Shown here piece by piece: positions 62,033 to 64,000 of a stretch of 64,000 nt of DNA (its first letter is position 1; the number at the start of each line of letters is the position of its first letter). The notes under the pieces are model-generated. The model saw nothing but the letters and a program-made list of their open reading frames with translations. It had not been told where the DNA came from and searched no databases. The stretch lies in IMG/VR virus record IMGVR_UViG_3300044634_004095, one strand, 5' to 3'. The position numbers and the translations under genes were made by a program. Origin of the DNA: an uncultured virus (IMG/VR IMGVR_UViG_3300044634_004095) (taxonomy: Duplodnaviria > Heunggongvirae > Uroviricota > Caudoviricetes).

Positions 62033-62115
62033 GTATTCTATATAGACCGAAGCCCTTGGCAAGTAGTGTAAAATTAAAAACATACGATTTCGAGATTGAT
62101 TGACATGAGGCAATA

Positions 62116-62760
62116 ATGCTTGTTGGACTACCCGACATAAAGAATTACATGGATATTTCTCTCACTACGCGTCAAGAAGACGCTGCCTTAATGATCCTTG
62201 CCGGTCTGCAAAGCGAACTTGAATCCTATCTTCGACGCCCGATAGAAGTCCAGGAATTCACCGAGAGCATCCGCCTTGACTCAGGACATATAGGCATCCC
62301 ATTGGGGTCCTTCCTCACGATGGGCGATAACGTCTTTGACACAAGTTTTCGCGAAACGACGGGAGTTGACGCAACGACTTTTGCGACTCCTCCACCGACG
62401 ATATATCTTAAAAATACTCCTATATCAAACATAATCGAAGTTAAAGTGACGCCCCTGTTTGGCTCAGAAAGAGTTTTGGTCGAAGACACCGACTACGTTG
62501 TGAGAAAATACGGCATTGATTACTACTATGGCTATGCAGACGATTTGGTTGAAATAACATACGAAGCAGGACTGGATGGGGATTCGATCCCAATTTTCAA
62601 GCTATTAATACTGCGTGCTGCGGCTCGAGAAATGCAAAACATGTATGACGACGTAGTTGGCGTAAAGGACTTAAACACAAGAAACGTTGGTCCATTGATA
62701 ACTGGCTTCCTTGATACGGAGCTTGCATCGGTCCGTAAACATAAACGATCGAGGATCTAA
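62116..62760 (+). CDS. Head-tail adaptor/connector protein
   Basis: DIKNYM...ELESYLRRP...VEITYEAG pattern, first gene of the neck block. Confidence 0.7.
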   Translation: MLVGLPDIKNYMDISLTTRQEDAALMILAGLQSELESYLRRPIEVQEFTESIRLDSGHIGIPLGSFLTMGDNVFDTSFRETTGVDATTFATPPPTIYLKNTPISNIIEVKVTPLFGSERVLVEDTDYVVRKYGIDYYYGYADDLVEITYEAGLDGDSIPIFKLLILRAAAREMQNMYDDVVGVKDLNTRNVGPLITGFLDTELASVRKHKRSRI

Positions 62761-62762
62761 AC

Positions 62763-63254
62763 GTGGCTGGCCGGAATGTAGTTGATGTAATAATTACAGT
62801 TGACGTCGATAACGACGAAGCCCAAGACAGACTCAAGGCAATGCGTGATCGAGCAAAGAATCTCAAACCAGTTTTAAGATGGGCTGGAGAAAAACTTGAA
62901 AGAGCTTATTCAGCTAATTTTTCTACAATGGGGAGTTTCTCCGCAATGGCCATGCTCCGTGGAGCCTGGCCACCTTTGGACCCGGCATACGCTGCGTGGA
63001 AGGCTACGAGGTTCCCTGGAGCTCCGACCCTAGTCAGGACTGGCGGGTTGCTCAAAGAGGTATCAAACATAAGCAGCAATTCAGCGAGCAATATTGACGA
63101 TATGGAAGCGGAATTCGCAGTCGTCGGAAAAATTCCTAAATTCCATCAGTACGGAACCGAAAACATGCCTGCACGTAAAATAATATTCGTACCTCGCAAT
63201 TTTGATCAAGATCTAGCGGATCAAACTGCTCGATTCATAAAGTTTGGGAGCTAG
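62763..63254 (+). CDS. Virion morphogenesis/neck protein (Mu gpG-like)
   Basis: WPPL.PAY...LVRTG.L...HQYGT.NMPAR. Confidence 0.72.
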   Translation: MAGRNVVDVIITVDVDNDEAQDRLKAMRDRAKNLKPVLRWAGEKLERAYSANFSTMGSFSAMAMLRGAWPPLDPAYAAWKATRFPGAPTLVRTGGLLKEVSNISSNSASNIDDMEAEFAVVGKIPKFHQYGTENMPARKIIFVPRNFDQDLADQTARFIKFGS

Positions 63255-63867
63255 TTGCTTGATTTACTTAATGAACGGTGCTCATGCTGCAAAAAGTTAC
63301 GTCAATGAGTATTTGACAACCGACATCCCAGTTCGGCTGATTACATATCGCAATGGGTGGAATCTAGATAGCACAAAGCTCCCAGACCCAGAGCAATATC
63401 TTGTCCACGAACCTTTGGCAATAGATGGTTGGCCATCAATAGTTACGCTTGTTCTTTCTACAAATCAGATGCAGCGTATTGGTTTTGAAAATAACAATCC
63501 TATTTATCGAGTTTCTTATTCTATGCGTACATATGTATGGATTCGCACCGAGGGGTCCCAGGAATGCAGCCTCATGAGGGACAGAATGATAACCGTTGTT
63601 AGGTCATCGATACTGGACTATCCCTGCCTAAAGGCATTCGATAGTAGATCAAATTTCCGAATTCTTATTGACGAGGGTACTATTCGTGAAGAATTTTCCG
63701 ATACAACGCTACTAAAAGGCGAAAGGTACATGGCCGGAGCCTTCCTAGGATATACCCTTGAAATTGACGAAGTTGTTGAAAGACTCGACGTCGGAACAAT
63801 AGCAACATTTGACTTCGGAATACAGACAGCTTCTATTGGTGGTCTACTGCCAATATTTAATGACTAA
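63244..63867 (+). CDS. Probable tail terminator/completion protein; start may be MNGAH
   Basis: Position between the neck gene and the sheath start; P.I.....YRV...TYVW. Confidence 0.5.
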   Translation: MGASCLIYLMNGAHAAKSYVNEYLTTDIPVRLITYRNGWNLDSTKLPDPEQYLVHEPLAIDGWPSIVTLVLSTNQMQRIGFENNNPIYRVSYSMRTYVWIRTEGSQECSLMRDRMITVVRSSILDYPCLKAFDSRSNFRILIDEGTIREEFSDTTLLKGERYMAGAFLGYTLEIDEVVERLDVGTIATFDFGIQTASIGGLLPIFND

Positions 63868-63888
63868 TTCAAAAAATACGAATAGATA

Positions 63889-63922
63889 GTTGCATAAAAT
63901 AATCATCACCGCTCTGTACAAT
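63889..63922 (+). promoter_or_regulatory. Candidate promoter GTTGC-N23-TACAAT
   Basis: Same arrangement as upstream of the capsid gene. Confidence 0.45.
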
Positions 63923-63962
63923 TAAAACCAGTACGGGATTCCCCCTAGAACAGGAAGGTCCT

Positions 63963-64000
63963 ATGCCAGGCGTAGTCATCTCAACATCAATTAGAACAGG
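63963..64000 (+). CDS. 5' end of probable tail sheath protein (partial)
   Basis: MPGVVISTSIRT (PGV start typical of sheath proteins), GGAAGG RBS. Confidence 0.45.
   Translation, partial: MPGVVISTSIRT

Overview
This window is part of a large tailed-phage genome, probably a myovirus (a tail-sheath start lies at the right edge). The host is probably actinobacterial, based on a WhiB gene and many leaderless -10-N6/7-ATG starts. It contains a head module (terminase, portal, HK97 prohead protease, HK97 capsid), replication and recombination genes (primase-helicase, class II RNR, Rad52-like, RecB/Cas4-like, RuvC-like, HNH), a ParB/IbrA/IbrB-like cluster, tRNA-Arg(UCU), a cytochrome P450, a TauD-like dioxygenase and neck/tail genes. 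The main feature is three giant polyvalent proteins. One is missing from the ORF track: a minus-strand ORF from 13671 that runs off the left edge (at least 4557 codons). The others are 2524 aa and 3207 aa, the latter fused to the prohead protease. Their enzymatic modules include GNATs, ADP-ribosyltransferases, a DEDDh exonuclease, zincin peptidases, ArdC, an SF1 helicase and ParB. In all three, modules are delimited by a recurring [F/L]-[S/A]-S-G motif (20 copies plus one FFSG variant). The motif is conserved in protein but not in DNA, which suggests a processed viral polyprotein or effector-cassette system. All domain calls come from motifs read by eye, not database searches.
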